This document shows positions 7,850 through 19,173 of a stretch of DNA of 61,851 nt, one piece after another. A program made the position numbers and the translations under genes. Source of the stretch: a virus (taxonomy: Duplodnaviria; Caudoviricetes). Numbering within the stretch: position 1 is the first letter of the stretch; every line of letters begins with the position of its first letter. The notes under the pieces were generated by a model. That model had not been told where the DNA came from and did no database searches. It saw nothing but the letters and a program-made list of their open reading frames with translations. Location: IMG/VR virus record IMGVR_UViG_3300048597_000294, positions 1 to 61,851 of that record; one strand, 5' to 3'.

Positions 7850-9870
7850 CCCAGCTCTGGCCCGCCACGGACTCCTTCGGGAGCGGCCCGACGTCGGCGC
7901 CGCCCTCGCCGCTCGCGTACTACGTGCGCCTCGTGCCCTGGTCCACCGACCCGGTGCACGCGAGTGGGGGCACGGGCTTCGGCTACTCGAGCACGGTGTT
8001 CGCCACGCGGGGCCAGCTCTACAACGGGTGGTTCGCGCAGCAGGGCCCCACGCCCGGTGCCTCGGTCGCGCCGGCAGCGTGCAACACGGGGTTCAGCGCG
8101 CTCACGACGCCGCGCCCGAGCGGCTTCCTGCTGCGATCGCAGAGCTTCGTGGACGTCACCGTCACCGCTTCCTACCAGGTGCAGTCCAGCGACCCCGCGT
8201 ACATCGTGGCGAACGGCGCGACCTTCATGGCGGGCGTGGGCGCGCGCGTGCGAGGCGGATCGACGCAGGGCTCCACGATCGACGACTGGCGTCTCCTTGG
8301 CGGCGACGGCTACTGGATGCTGGAGATCTGCGACACGGGCGGCGGCTTGGGTCGCAAGTTCGTGCTCGTGCGCGTGAACAGCGGCACGGTGACCCGGCTG
8401 GCGGAGTCGCCTGTCGGCGCGTCGACGTTCGACGCGGTCACGACGATCGCCGCCTCGACGCCGCGCCAGATCTCGATCCAGGTCGAGGACGAGAGCGGGG
8501 ACGTGCGCGTGATCGGTCGCTGGCGCCGCCACACCTCGAGCGCGGACGAGGTCGTGCTGAACGTCCTGGACTCCTCCGGATCCAAGCTGACCTCGACCGG
8601 ACGCGTGGGGGTGATGCTGGGCAGCGAGTACCAGCGCACGACTTCGCCCGTGCGCACCGTCGCGCCGTGCATGAACTGGTGGACGATCGACGATGGGACC
8701 GACGTGCTGTTCCGCGAGGAGTGGCAGCGGCTCGTCCCGACGCTGTGCCACCAGCGCGACCCGTCCTTCAGCTCGGGCAACCAGTCCGAGCGCGTGGGGC
8801 GGTCGCTCATGTCGGCCTGGTACGGCGACGCGCAGACCTTCGGGACGGCGGTGATCCCATCGCCCTCGTCCGACAACCTCACCTTCCTGCCGAACACGGA
8901 CCTATGGTCGTTCTCCCAGCGGCGTGCCGAGGACGCGCGGCGGCAGGATCGATCGATCGTCGGGCGCTTCGACTCCACCGGCCTGGCGAACGCGGCCGTG
9001 CGCGGGTTCGGGATCATCGTGCGCGCGACGCAGACCGGCACCTCGCCGACGTCGTGCTACTACACACGCGTCACCTACGACGACGTCACGACGGCGAGCC
9101 AGGTCGAGCTCCGCCGGGTGAGCGTCGATGGTGACAAGGTGATCGCGCGCAAGACCGGCCTGTCCCTCGGCCTGGACGCGGACATCCTGCACCGCGTGGT
9201 GATCTACACGCGCGCGCCCGACACCACGAACGGCCCGGCCGTGATCGTGGTGGAGCTGGGCGGCGTGGCCGTGGCCCTGGTGCCCGCGGCTGTGCCGGTG
9301 TCCGGAGTCAGCGTGTCGGCGACCGGTGTCGTGACCGACGCTTCCAGCAACCGCGTGCTGTCGGGGTGGGGGGAGGGCTTCCGCGTCTTCGCCGCCTCCG
9401 CGAACCCGCGTTCGATGATCCTCGACACGTGGTCTCAGGGCGTCGACGCAGGGCCTGACGAGGTCCTCCCGCGCGACCAGGAGACCATCAACGTCCTGCC
9501 CGAGTACTCCACGACCGTGGGCACGCTCACGCTGCCGACGGAGACGGACATCCGCGTCGTGCCCGCGGCGTCCACGATCCGCCACGACCTCGACTCCGAC
9601 CACGTCTACATGTCGGAGATGCACGCCGAGCGGCCGGCCTGGGAGGTCGCGATCGTGGGCATGACCGACGCGCAGAAGGCGACGATGCTGGATCTGATCG
9701 AGGACGCGCGCGGGGTGCAGGGCGCTGTGAACTGGACGGCACCTGGCGCCACGCCGCGCGCCGTCGTCGTGCACTTCGTCGAGGACTCGATCGAGATCGA
9801 GCAGGCCGGGTCGCCTGACCTGTGGTCCATGCGCTTCACCCTGCGGGAGCTGATCATCAATGCCCATTGA
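7846..9870 (+). CDS. Tail protein: large beta-rich N-terminus fused to a C-terminal gpM/distal-tail-like domain
   Basis: ATG 7846; last ~120 aa (..RGVQGAVNWTAPG..VHFVEDSIEI..WSMRFTLREL) look like lambda gpM; position between TMP and gpL. Confidence 0.65.
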   Translation: MTQLWPATDSFGSGPTSAPPSPLAYYVRLVPWSTDPVHASGGTGFGYSSTVFATRGQLYNGWFAQQGPTPGASVAPAACNTGFSALTTPRPSGFLLRSQSFVDVTVTASYQVQSSDPAYIVANGATFMAGVGARVRGGSTQGSTIDDWRLLGGDGYWMLEICDTGGGLGRKFVLVRVNSGTVTRLAESPVGASTFDAVTTIAASTPRQISIQVEDESGDVRVIGRWRRHTSSADEVVLNVLDSSGSKLTSTGRVGVMLGSEYQRTTSPVRTVAPCMNWWTIDDGTDVLFREEWQRLVPTLCHQRDPSFSSGNQSERVGRSLMSAWYGDAQTFGTAVIPSPSSDNLTFLPNTDLWSFSQRRAEDARRQDRSIVGRFDSTGLANAAVRGFGIIVRATQTGTSPTSCYYTRVTYDDVTTASQVELRRVSVDGDKVIARKTGLSLGLDADILHRVVIYTRAPDTTNGPAVIVVELGGVAVALVPAAVPVSGVSVSATGVVTDASSNRVLSGWGEGFRVFAASANPRSMILDTWSQGVDAGPDEVLPRDQETINVLPEYSTTVGTLTLPTETDIRVVPAASTIRHDLDSDHVYMSEMHAERPAWEVAIVGMTDAQKATMLDLIEDARGVQGAVNWTAPGATPRAVVVHFVEDSIEIEQAGSPDLWSMRFTLRELIINAH

Positions 9871-10546
9871 TCTGTCCGACCTCTCGACCGCGCACGCGCG
9901 CCAGCTCCGCGACGAGCAGCCGTGGATCTGGCTATACGAGTTCGAGGTCGATACCGACCCGCCGACGCGGTACCGCATCACGAACTACACCTCGCGCGTG
10001 ACGTTCGGCACGTCGAGCCGCGGCGAGCCGCTCGTGTACTACCCGTTCCCCGTGGTGCACTCCGAGCTGCGCGAGACCCTCGACGGCGACCTGCCCACGT
10101 TCCAGATCCAGTGCGGCCACGCCTCGCTCGAGCTGGCGCAGGTCCTTGAGGACCACGACGGCCTGCGCGGCCGCGACGTGCGCGTCATGCTCGTGAACAG
10201 CGAGGAACTCGCCGCCGGCGTGCCCGCGTTGGAGGTGGTGGCCCAGGTGACCGGCTGCAAGGTGACGCACGAGCGCGTGGCCATGTCGATCGGCTCCAAG
10301 AACCTCGTCGACGCGATCATCCCGCCGACGCGCTACTCGCGCACGCACTGCGGACACGCCTACGGCGACGCGGGCTGCGGCTACGACCTCACGAACCCGA
10401 CGCTGCTCTCGGCCTTCACCTCGTGCTCTCACCAGCGCGACGACGCGAATGGGTGCGTGGCGCACGGGGACGCCGAGGTAGACGCCGGCCTGCCGCGCCT
10501 CCACCCGGGAAACTTCGGCGCGGATCCCTCGATCCCGCGCGCCTGA
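9860..10546 (+). CDS. Minor tail protein gpL-like (4-Cys Fe-S tail)
   Basis: C-terminal C..Y....CGY...SC......GC..HG...NFG pattern; synteny. Confidence 0.8.
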   Translation: MPIDLSDLSTAHARQLRDEQPWIWLYEFEVDTDPPTRYRITNYTSRVTFGTSSRGEPLVYYPFPVVHSELRETLDGDLPTFQIQCGHASLELAQVLEDHDGLRGRDVRVMLVNSEELAAGVPALEVVAQVTGCKVTHERVAMSIGSKNLVDAIIPPTRYSRTHCGHAYGDAGCGYDLTNPTLLSAFTSCSHQRDDANGCVAHGDAEVDAGLPRLHPGNFGADPSIPRA

Positions 10547-10547
10547 C

Positions 10548-11006
10548 ATGCCGCGCAAGGACGTGATCGAGGTGCCCTACCTGGACCTCGTGCACCTGCC
10601 GTACAAGCGTGGCGGCACGACCATGGAGGGCCTGGACTGCCGCGGCGTCACGCTGATCGTGCTGCAGCGCATGGGTCGCACGGTGCCGCCCGGGGCGTTC
10701 CCCGCGACGCTCGACCAGATGCTGTCCGACTGCGGGTCGATCGCCGCACGCGCCGACGTCGAGGAGGTCGTCGACCCGCGCGCGCCCTGGGCCAAGCACT
10801 GGAAGCGCGTGCGCCTGGCGTCGGCCAACGTGGGTGACGTGGCCTTCTGCTACGACGGCGAGGAGGCGCACGTCGCGCCGCTGCTGTCCAAGCCCAAGCA
10901 CGGGCGGCCGTCCTACGTTCTCAGCGCGACCCGGGAACATGGCGTAGTGGTGGTGCCCACCGCGAAGCTCAAGAACCTGATCGGGTTCTACGCGCTGGTC
11001 CCCTGA
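10548..11006 (+). CDS. NlpC/P60 tail assembly protein (gpK-like, no JAB domain)
   Basis: PYKRGG...GLDCRGV and AHVA catalytic Cys/His. Confidence 0.8.
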   Translation: MPRKDVIEVPYLDLVHLPYKRGGTTMEGLDCRGVTLIVLQRMGRTVPPGAFPATLDQMLSDCGSIAARADVEEVVDPRAPWAKHWKRVRLASANVGDVAFCYDGEEAHVAPLLSKPKHGRPSYVLSATREHGVVVVPTAKLKNLIGFYALVP

Positions 11007-14000
11007 TGATCTTCGTCCACGAAGTTCCGAACCCGTTCGAACCGACCTGTCGCACCACCGTGGTCGATCGAACGGCAGCGTCCGTCGCCGACCTCGTGCC
11101 GGCGAAGTGGCGCCAGACCCGCAGCGTCGCGCCGTACGTGAACGGGCGGGCCGCGAGGATGGACACGGCGGTCGGCGATGGGGATCACGTGACGTTCACG
11201 CTGCAGCCGCACGGAGCCGAGGCCGTGTTGCTGTTCTCGAAGGCCTTCGTCTACCTGTTCCTCGCCGTGGCGCTGAACTCGTTCCGGCCCAAGCTGCGCG
11301 CGGCGTCCGACCGCAACGAGGATCGATCGCAGCACTACGGCTTCGACGGCATCCAGTCGACGCGCACCGAGGGGCTGCCCGTTCCTCGGATCTACGGCCG
11401 CTTCCGATCAGGCGGCCAGATCGTCAACGAGTTCGTCGAGAGCAAGGGCTCTCTCGGGAGCTGGTACAACGTCATCATCGACTTCGGGTGGGGGCCGTAT
11501 CAGTCGATCGCGGGCATCACGACGAACACGCACCCGTCGAGCCCCCGTCGCACGCGTGCATCCAGCGCCAACGGCATCCCGGCCGGGCTGTTCATCAACG
11601 ACACGCCCGCGTCCCAGTTCGACGACGTCGAGCTGCACACGCGCCTGGGCACCAACGAGCAGGACTGGATCCCCGGCTTCGATCGCGACACGTTCACCAT
11701 CCCGATCCAGCGGGACCTGTCGGCGCCCGAGGGGACGACGACCAGCTTCGATCCGTTCATCTCGACGACCGCGCCGAGCACGGGCGAGGACTCGCTGTGG
11801 ACCACGTACGCCGAGGAGTACGACGTCACCGATCGGGAGATCGACGCGTTCACGATCAAGACGCGGTTCCCCGCCGGCCTGTACTCGATCAACACGTCCT
11901 CGAACTCGATCAACACCATGCCCTTCGCGCTGGCGGTGCGTTACCGCGAGCTCGACGGGTCCAACCTGCCGATCACGACGGGGGGCCTCGACGGGGACGG
12001 ATGGGTGCGCCCGCTGCCGACGCGCGTGCTGTACGCGGCCGAGCAGAGCGACATGCGGGTCGACTACACGTTCCCGACCTACGACCCGCAGACGTGGACG
12101 CGGCCGACGCTGAACGGACTCCTGCGCTGCTCGCCGGTCGATGGGGGCATTGTCTCCGCTGTCACCGGCTACCTGACCCGCTCGGCCGCCAACGTCGCAT
12201 CCGATGGCGTGCCCTCGGGATGGAGCGAGGCCAACGGCATCCGCGAGCTGACCGTCATGGGCTGGGTCGCGTTGCGTGCGAACGGCACGTTCCACGGCTA
12301 CAGCGCGGACGCGAACCAGGACCGACTGCAGACGGCGGCGCCGGTGTTCGCGTGGCTCAACGAGTCGACCCTGCGCGGCTTCGAGCTGCTGTTCCAGACG
12401 AAGACCTTCACCCTTTCGCCCGGCCAGACGCGCACGCGCATCACGCCGATCGCGCGCGTCGGGGACGGTGGAACGGTGCGGGAGTTCTATCCGCGCAACC
12501 CCGGCGGCGGCGCCGGCTCGACAGCGCAAGAGATCGGGGACGTCCCGATCCTCATCGGCCTGTCGCAGTTCGACAACCTCTCGACCGCGGGCTTCTACCA
12601 CGTCGGCTTCACCTACAAGCAGGATGTCGACGGCACGAACGATCGCCTGCGCATCTTCATCAACGGTGAGGTCGTGTTCGAGCTCGTGGGCCCGCTGACG
12701 ATCCGCCCGCCGCAAGTCGCGTCGCCCGCGGCGGTCTTCGTCGCGACCGACGGCCGCAACACGGGTGGCGAGGCGTTCACGCTGCGAGGCTGGCTGGCCG
12801 AGGTGTCGGTGCAGCCGACCGAGCTGAGCCAGGCCGAGATGGCGCGGCGCTACAACAACGGCGCGGGCCTGTACGAGCCGAACGACGCGTCCTCCTTCGC
12901 GACGTTCCACTTCGAGGAGAACTACCCCTCGGGCGTGCAGGGCAACGGCCAGACGATCCTGAACAGCGGCGCCGTGCTGGGCAGCCTCACGAGCATCTTC
13001 AACGGCGGCACCGCCTCGCACTTCTCCAGCGGCGTCCAGAAGGGCTTCATCGACCGCGAGGTCGCGACCAACACGCCCAAGCGCGCGAAGTACCGGATCC
13101 AGGTCATGCGCGCGACGCGCAACTACACCGGCTCCAACGGCTCGGACGACTGCCAGTGGGAAGCGCTCCTCACGCACGTGGAGCAGAAGTACCGCGCGCC
13201 CGGCCGCGTGCGCATGGGCCTGCGCGTGAAGGCCCAGGAGCAGCTCGCGGGCTCGCCGCCGAAGATCTCGGCTGTCATCGAGGGGGCACTCGTGCGCGTC
13301 TGGGACGGCGTCGACGCGAACGAGCCGTACATGCCGCTGGTCTTCTCGCGCAACCCGGCGTGGGTGGCCTACGACGTGTGCACGCACCCGCGCGGCGGGA
13401 TGGGCGCGCACGTGAGTCCGAAGGACCCCGACCTGGTGTCGCTGAAGGAGTGGGCGGACCGGAACGACGAGTGGGTCTACGACCTGCGGGGGAACCTCCT
13501 CGAGGTGGACGACTCGGACACGGCCAAGGCGATCAGCGACATCGGCTACACGAGCCTCGGCGGCCTGGTCAGCTCGTTCTTCGTGATCCTGCGCTCGGCC
13601 TACATCGGGAACATCCCCGACAACTACAAGGTCGGCGCGTTCGTTGGCTTCTCCGGCATCCCCACGCCCGACGACTCGGCGCAGATCCTGCTGGACATCA
13701 ACGAGGACAGCGTCGGTGGGTGGGAGATCGTGTCCGTCGACAACGGCTTGGTGAGCGGCACGCCACGCATCTATCTGCGCTACGACACGTTGACCTTGCC
13801 GGCGCTGCCGTGGACGCCCTCCGGCTCGCTCGTGTCCTCGGCATCGCCGCTTGCGATCACCGGCACGATGCGCGGGGTCGAGCGCCGCCACCGCTACGAC
13901 GGAGCCTTCGACGAGGCCGAGGGTGGGTGGGATGCGCTCATCTCGTTGTGCGACACGGCCGGGGCGGTGCCGCTGCGGAGCGGCCGGAAGATCTTCTTTC

Positions 14001-16054
14001 GCGTCGACGCGCCGCGGCTCCCCACGGACATGATCACGCCCGCGAACATCCTGCGCGACTCGTTCGAGTACGAGTTCACGGGCCCGGACGACAAGCCGAA
14101 CGCGTTGGACATCGAGATCCTCGACGAGGAGGCCAACTTCGAGCGCGCGACGGTCTCCGACGAGCACCCGAGCATCACGGGCAGCGTGTCACTCTCGGAG
14201 ATCCGGCGCAGCAGCGTCCGCCTCAAGGGCGTCACGCGGCGCAGCCAGGCGAAGCGCTGGGCGCGCGAGGCGCTGAACCAGAACTACCTCATCCGGCGAG
14301 CGGGCAAGCACGTCGCGAGCGCGGACGCGTTGCCGCACCGTCCCGGCGACGTGTTGCAGATCGCGCACGACATCATCCCGCGCGGCAATGGCGGGCGCGT
14401 CCTCGACGGCTCGACGTCATCCTCGATCCTGCTCGATCGCCCGATCACGCTCGCGGCCGCGACGACCTACAAGCTCGCCGTGCGCAGCGCGACCGCGGGC
14501 GTCGCTGCCGCGTTCGAGACGCGAACGGTGACGAACAGCGCGGGGACGTACGAAGGCCTCGAGGGCGAGGCGATCACGGTCTCCTCGGCGTTCTCCTTCA
14601 CGCCCGCCGCCGAGGACGTGTTCATCCTCTGCCAAGTGGGCAAGGAGCTGCGCGTCACCCTGCGCTCGATCGGTCTGACGCGCGACCTGCGGCGGGAGGA
14701 GACCTGGGTCGAAGCGCCCGAGGGGATCCACATCGAGGACGGCTCGGAGATCGACGACCTGCCCGCGTCGACGCTGTCGAGTTCCTCGAGCGCGATCACG
14801 TTCGGCGCTTCCTCGGACACGGGCCAGCTCCCCGACAACGTCGACATGCTGCCGCCCGCTGAGCGCGTGCTGCGGGACAACGCGGGCTCGTTCACGACCG
14901 GCGTGCAGCTCTCGTGGGTCGCCCCGACCTCGCGCGCCATCAGCGAGCAGATCGTGTGGGCGTCGCGCGAGCGTGGACCGTGGCGCGAGGTTGCGCGCGT
15001 GGGGCCGTCGGTCGCGACCACGTTCGTTCCGGTTCCGCGTGTGGAGCCTGGCGCGTCGCTGTCGTTCGCGATCCAGCCTGTGACGCGCAGCGGCGCGCGC
15101 CGCGAACCGGCCGACTGCGGCCCGCGCAGCCTGCGCCTCGTGGGCGTGGGGCCCGCCCCCTCCGCGCCGACGGGCTTGGCCGCGTCGATCGTCAGCGAGC
15201 GGGTCGTGTACTCGTGGGACGCGGTCTCCGACGACATCACCGCGATCGAGCTGCGCCGAGGTGGCTGGATCCTGGGCCAGCCCATCGCCACGGTGCCGCG
15301 CGGCTCCAACAGCTTCGGCCCGACCTCCGACTTCGTCTCCGTCCCCGCCGGCGAACCGGGCGCCCTCGTGGTCATGCGCACGCGCAACGGCGCCGGCGCG
15401 CTCTCTCCTCCCGTTGCGATCCGATTCGCCCCCTCGATCCTCGACTCGACGACGCTCGAAGACCTGGACGCGAGCGTGCTCGCGAGCCAGGAGTGGTCCG
15501 AGTTCGGCGACGGCTGGGTCGACGACTCGTTCCCCACGCAGAACGGAACCCTTCTCGACATGATCCGGCGCGACGACGGCGCGATCGAGTTCGACGGGTC
15601 CTCGCTGACCGGTTCGTACACGGCCGCGGCGCCGGACCTCGAGGTGGGTGGGCAGGCCGAGGCCCTGTACCTGTCGGCGACGGTCGAGGCGTACCAGGTG
15701 CACCCCATGACCTGGGACCAGGCTACGTGGACCTGGGCGGATCCCGCCGCGCAGCAGTTGTCGTGGGAGGGCCCGGTCAACGAGATCGGAGACGGCGCCG
15801 ACGAGCGCTGCACGCTGGCGATCGAGGTCCGCTTCCGCAACCGCGCGCGCGACTGGTCGGCGTGGACGCCATTCAAGCCGGGGCGCACGGTCGCGCTGGG
15901 GGTGCAGTTCCGCCTCGTCGCGACGCGACCTTCCGCGTCCTACCAAATCCGGGTGACCCGCTTCGCGACGGTATTGGTGCGCGAGCCCACGACGAAGTTC
16001 GATCGGGACGAGACCACCGTGTACCTCGAGAGGATGATCCATGGCAGCCGGTAG
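11006..16054 (+). CDS. Central tail tip protein, gpI (ubiquitin-like)-gpJ fusion with LamG-like insertion and FN3
   Basis: N-terminal VNG...VGDGDHV beta-grasp; PVPRIYG, SRNPAW, PGDV..I gpJ motifs; GFYHVGFTY..LRIFINGE LamG motif; PSAPTGL FN3. Confidence 0.88.
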   Translation: MIFVHEVPNPFEPTCRTTVVDRTAASVADLVPAKWRQTRSVAPYVNGRAARMDTAVGDGDHVTFTLQPHGAEAVLLFSKAFVYLFLAVALNSFRPKLRAASDRNEDRSQHYGFDGIQSTRTEGLPVPRIYGRFRSGGQIVNEFVESKGSLGSWYNVIIDFGWGPYQSIAGITTNTHPSSPRRTRASSANGIPAGLFINDTPASQFDDVELHTRLGTNEQDWIPGFDRDTFTIPIQRDLSAPEGTTTSFDPFISTTAPSTGEDSLWTTYAEEYDVTDREIDAFTIKTRFPAGLYSINTSSNSINTMPFALAVRYRELDGSNLPITTGGLDGDGWVRPLPTRVLYAAEQSDMRVDYTFPTYDPQTWTRPTLNGLLRCSPVDGGIVSAVTGYLTRSAANVASDGVPSGWSEANGIRELTVMGWVALRANGTFHGYSADANQDRLQTAAPVFAWLNESTLRGFELLFQTKTFTLSPGQTRTRITPIARVGDGGTVREFYPRNPGGGAGSTAQEIGDVPILIGLSQFDNLSTAGFYHVGFTYKQDVDGTNDRLRIFINGEVVFELVGPLTIRPPQVASPAAVFVATDGRNTGGEAFTLRGWLAEVSVQPTELSQAEMARRYNNGAGLYEPNDASSFATFHFEENYPSGVQGNGQTILNSGAVLGSLTSIFNGGTASHFSSGVQKGFIDREVATNTPKRAKYRIQVMRATRNYTGSNGSDDCQWEALLTHVEQKYRAPGRVRMGLRVKAQEQLAGSPPKISAVIEGALVRVWDGVDANEPYMPLVFSRNPAWVAYDVCTHPRGGMGAHVSPKDPDLVSLKEWADRNDEWVYDLRGNLLEVDDSDTAKAISDIGYTSLGGLVSSFFVILRSAYIGNIPDNYKVGAFVGFSGIPTPDDSAQILLDINEDSVGGWEIVSVDNGLVSGTPRIYLRYDTLTLPALPWTPSGSLVSSASPLAITGTMRGVERRHRYDGAFDEAEGGWDALISLCDTAGAVPLRSGRKIFFRVDAPRLPTDMITPANILRDSFEYEFTGPDDKPNALDIEILDEEANFERATVSDEHPSITGSVSLSEIRRSSVRLKGVTRRSQAKRWAREALNQNYLIRRAGKHVASADALPHRPGDVLQIAHDIIPRGNGGRVLDGSTSSSILLDRPITLAAATTYKLAVRSATAGVAAAFETRTVTNSAGTYEGLEGEAITVSSAFSFTPAAEDVFILCQVGKELRVTLRSIGLTRDLRREETWVEAPEGIHIEDGSEIDDLPASTLSSSSSAITFGASSDTGQLPDNVDMLPPAERVLRDNAGSFTTGVQLSWVAPTSRAISEQIVWASRERGPWREVARVGPSVATTFVPVPRVEPGASLSFAIQPVTRSGARREPADCGPRSLRLVGVGPAPSAPTGLAASIVSERVVYSWDAVSDDITAIELRRGGWILGQPIATVPRGSNSFGPTSDFVSVPAGEPGALVVMRTRNGAGALSPPVAIRFAPSILDSTTLEDLDASVLASQEWSEFGDGWVDDSFPTQNGTLLDMIRRDDGAIEFDGSSLTGSYTAAAPDLEVGGQAEALYLSATVEAYQVHPMTWDQATWTWADPAAQQLSWEGPVNEIGDGADERCTLAIEVRFRNRARDWSAWTPFKPGRTVALGVQFRLVATRPSASYQIRVTRFATVLVREPTTKFDRDETTVYLERMIHGSR

Positions 16055-16451
16055 AATCACACCCATCTTCCCCAGCAACGGCTCCCTCGGAGAGGACGGC
16101 CGCCGCGTTCTGATCGGCTGGGACGACTTCGACGACGCGCCGGTGCTGCACGAGTCCAGCGACGAGACGTCGACGGATCCGGCGTTCGCGGAGATGCCCT
16201 GGCGGTTCGTCGACTACATCACGATCGACGCGCACTGCCGCCACACGGCGCCGGTCACGTTGACCATCTCGATGGGGGAGGCCGGCGCGAGCGCGGCGAA
16301 CATCGTCGTGGAGATCGCGCCCAACCAGCCGCCGATCACGATCGTGAACGCGATGCCGCTGGGCGGAGGGGCCGACCTGCGCATCATCGCGAGCGTGATC
16401 GACGTCGTGTCGTGCGGGCTTCGCCTCGAGCGGTCGCAGGTCGCGGCCTGA
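16041..16451 (+). CDS. Hypothetical structural protein
   Basis: Overlaps gpJ end, RBS present, beta-rich. Confidence 0.6.
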   Translation: MAAGRITPIFPSNGSLGEDGRRVLIGWDDFDDAPVLHESSDETSTDPAFAEMPWRFVDYITIDAHCRHTAPVTLTISMGEAGASAANIVVEIAPNQPPITIVNAMPLGGGADLRIIASVIDVVSCGLRLERSQVAA

Positions 16452-16457
16452 TCGCGG

Positions 16458-18233
16458 ATGCGCGCATGGCGGACACTGGCCGATCTTGGGCGCGTGCTTC
16501 GGCTCGTACCCAAGGCCTCCGGCGCGAACACCGGGGTCGTGGTCACGGAGACCGCGGCTCCGAACGGTCCGTCCATCGCGCCGTTCTGCTCGGACTCGTC
16601 CGTCGCGAACCTGAACCTCGAACTGTCCGGCTTGGGCACGGGCATCGTGCGCGCGAACGGCTCGGCCGTCGTCACGAACGCGACATTCCCCGCGCACGCC
16701 ACGCGCCACAAGCACGGCGGCTCGGACGAGGTCGCGACCGAAACGCCGGCCGCGTACGCGATTCCCAAGGCGGGCAGCGCGGGCACGCTCGCCGCCGGCT
16801 GGCTCCCGGCCTACGACGTGACCAACACGGCGGACCCGCAAGTCGAGATCGTGTCCAGCGACGGCACGTGCAGCGACGTGGCCTTGACGCACATCATCGT
16901 GCTCATCGATGCGTCGCGGAACGACGTTGCCTTCGTGCTGCCCGACACGGGCGCGAACACCGGCCGCATCGTGCACGTCGTCTACTATCTCGACGACCCG
17001 GCGTACGTCGCGACGATCGGGTCGCCTGAGAACATCAACGGCGCACCGAGTGTTCCGCTGACGTACCTGGGCCAGGTGCGCTCGTTCACCTCTGACGGGT
17101 CCACCTGGTACGAGCTCACCGAGGACGCTCTGCAAGCCGCGACGGCCTACCGTGTTCCTCGGGCGGGATCGTCGGGAGCACTGCACATCGGCTGGATTCC
17201 GACCGGGAGCTCGGGATCGACCGTCTGCGTGGGCAACGACTCGCGCCTCTCGGACTCGCGCGCGCCGTCGGGCAGCGCTGGTGGCGCACTGGCCGGCACG
17301 TACCCCAACCCCACGCTCTCGAACGCCAACCTCAACGCCATCGGCGGATTGACCAGTGCGGCGAACAAGGGGCTGCAGTTCACGGGCAGCGGCACCGCCG
17401 CAACCTTCGACCTCACGGCGTTCGCCCTGACATTCCTCGACGACGCGACGGCCTCTGACGTGCGCACGACGCTCGGACTCGTCATCGGGACGAACGTCCA
17501 AGCCTACGACGCCGAGCTGGCCGCTATCGCGGGACTCACCTCTGCCGCCGACAAGGCGCCGTACTTCACCGGCTCGGGCACGGCCGCGACGATGACGGTG
17601 ACCTCGTTCGCGCGCTCAATCCTCGACGACGCGGACGCGGCCACGGCGAAGCAAACGCTGCTGATCGGCTCGGCCGACGACGACTTCTATTCGGCGGTCA
17701 CGACGCAGTACACGTCATGGTACGTGGCCAACGCGCGCACAGGCGTCGCCTTGGGCACCTTCCCGATGACGGCCAACAGTCTGTACGCGGTTCCGTTCCG
17801 GGCACCTCGGCGCGGCGGCACGATCTCGGACCTGCGCCTGCGTGTGACGACTGGCGTCGCGGCCACGAACATCCGCGTGGGGATCTACACGAACAAGAGC
17901 GAGACGAACCCCTACCCCGACGCCAAGGTCCAGGACATCGGTGCGGGATCCTCGGCCACGAGCTCGACGTCGATCTCGACCTCGCCGAACCAAGCGCTCA
18001 CGCCGGGTGCGCTCTACTGGCTCGTGTGCGTGTCGGACGGCGCCCCCACGATCCGGGCTGGCTCGACGAACGCGGCCGGCATCACGCTCGGCTTCACAAA
18101 CGAAACGGCCACGGCTCCCAACACCAACCTGTGGGGGGCGCACACCTACGGCGCCCTCCCGAGCACGTTCCCCGCGAGTTGCACCGTGGCCACGGGCACG
18201 TTCCCGGCGTTCTTCCTGAAGTTCAGCGCCTGA
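16458..18233 (+). CDS. Tail fibre protein
   Basis: Duplicated AIxGLTSAAxK..[11 protein letters not shown]...LDDA fibre repeat; [13 protein letters not shown] motif; duplicated PxAGSxGxL..GWxP. Confidence 0.8.
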   Translation: MRAWRTLADLGRVLRLVPKASGANTGVVVTETAAPNGPSIAPFCSDSSVANLNLELSGLGTGIVRANGSAVVTNATFPAHATRHKHGGSDEVATETPAAYAIPKAGSAGTLAAGWLPAYDVTNTADPQVEIVSSDGTCSDVALTHIIVLIDASRNDVAFVLPDTGANTGRIVHVVYYLDDPAYVATIGSPENINGAPSVPLTYLGQVRSFTSDGSTWYELTEDALQAATAYRVPRAGSSGALHIGWIPTGSSGSTVCVGNDSRLSDSRAPSGSAGGALAGTYPNPTLSNANLNAIGGLTSAANKGLQFTGSGTAATFDLTAFALTFLDDATASDVRTTLGLVIGTNVQAYDAELAAIAGLTSAADKAPYFTGSGTAATMTVTSFARSILDDADAATAKQTLLIGSADDDFYSAVTTQYTSWYVANARTGVALGTFPMTANSLYAVPFRAPRRGGTISDLRLRVTTGVAATNIRVGIYTNKSETNPYPDAKVQDIGAGSSATSSTSISTSPNQALTPGALYWLVCVSDGAPTIRAGSTNAAGITLGFTNETATAPNTNLWGAHTYGALPSTFPASCTVATGTFPAFFLKFSA

Positions 18234-18242
18234 CCCGGGTCT

Positions 18243-18282
18243 GTCCTACAACGGCCACCTGACCGCCGCGCGCCTGTATCAA
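18243..18282 (+). promoter_or_regulatory. Putative late promoter (GTCCTACAACG box plus weak -10 TATCAA)
   Basis: Intergenic; same spacing as the other copies; GTG start at 18290. Confidence 0.55.
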
Positions 18283-18289
18283 CAGCGTC

Positions 18290-18676
18290 GTGCCGCTGAC
18301 CCAGGTCATCCCCGCCGTCGATCCCGTCGCCGATCGGCCGAGCGAATTCCCCGACGCGTTCAACGACGCGATGGAGAAGCGCGCGTCGCTCGACTACCGC
18401 ACGATCACGCATGCGGACTCGCCCTACAGCGTCGCGGAGGAGGACCAGCTCCTGATCGCCGACGCGTCCGGTGGAGCGATCACGATCAACCTGCGCCCCG
18501 TGGCCTCTTCGTCGGGGCGCGTCGTGCGCGTCAAGGCGATCTCCGTCGCCGGCGGCAACGTGACCATCGACGGCAACGCGTCCGAGACGATCGACGGCGC
18601 GACGACCAAGGTCCTCTCCGCGCAGTGGGCGAGCGCCGCCATGCACTGCAACGGGTCTTCGTGGCTCCTCATCTGA
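18290..18676 (+). CDS. Small fibre-associated beta protein
   Basis: DASGGAITINL..GRVVRVK..TIDG..NGSSW; resembles an internal domain of 16458-18233. Confidence 0.7.
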   Translation: MPLTQVIPAVDPVADRPSEFPDAFNDAMEKRASLDYRTITHADSPYSVAEEDQLLIADASGGAITINLRPVASSSGRVVRVKAISVAGGNVTIDGNASETIDGATTKVLSAQWASAAMHCNGSSWLLI

Positions 18677-18772
18677 ACGGAGAAAGATGAACCGAACACG
18701 CCAGCAGCACTCGGAGGCAAGCCGCCACGCGGCGTGTTGCATGCGCGGTGAATCGCGCGCGGGAGGTCGACC

Positions 18773-19165
18773 GTGAGCGTGCCGAACGACCCGACCGTTC
18801 GCGAGCTGTCGCTCGTGATCAACAACGTCACCGAACGGCAGCGCGAGATGGCGGAGAACCAGCGCGAGATCACGAAGGCTCTCCAGGAGACCGCGCGCAC
18901 GCTCGAGGGAGTGACCGAACGCCTCGAAGGCCTCGAGACGCGCGTCTCCGACAAGGCCACATCCATGGACGAGATCAAGGAGCACGTCGAGAAGGCGCGC
19001 ACCGACCTCGCCGACCACGACAAACGGATCGACCGCATCGAGCAGTCGTCCCTCCGCAACCAACGGATCGCCAACTGGATCTTCGGCGGTGGCCTGATCG
19101 CGGCCGTCTCCACCGTCGTCCTGCTCTGGAAGATCGTCCAGGCCCTGCCCGACAGCACCCCGTGA
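18773..19165 (+). CDS. Holin-like protein (coiled coil plus C-terminal TM)
   Basis: GGAGG RBS; long heptad region then WIFGGGLIAAVSTVVLLW. Confidence 0.55.
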   Translation: MSVPNDPTVRELSLVINNVTERQREMAENQREITKALQETARTLEGVTERLEGLETRVSDKATSMDEIKEHVEKARTDLADHDKRIDRIEQSSLRNQRIANWIFGGGLIAAVSTVVLLWKIVQALPDSTP

Positions 19166-19173
19166 GGAACCCC

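Noticed and set aside
2774-16078. Long antisense and alternate-frame ORFs (e.g. 2781-5069, 5487-7868, 11408-14167; also 48351-50660, 53637-56393)
   Set aside because: Shadow ORFs of GC-rich coding sequence; Arg/Ala-rich with no motifs, and opposite well-supported genes
16458-18233. Internal fibre repeats as a DGR template/variable pair
   Set aside because: No reverse transcriptase in the genome; the repeats are protein-level fibre repeats without adenine-specific differences
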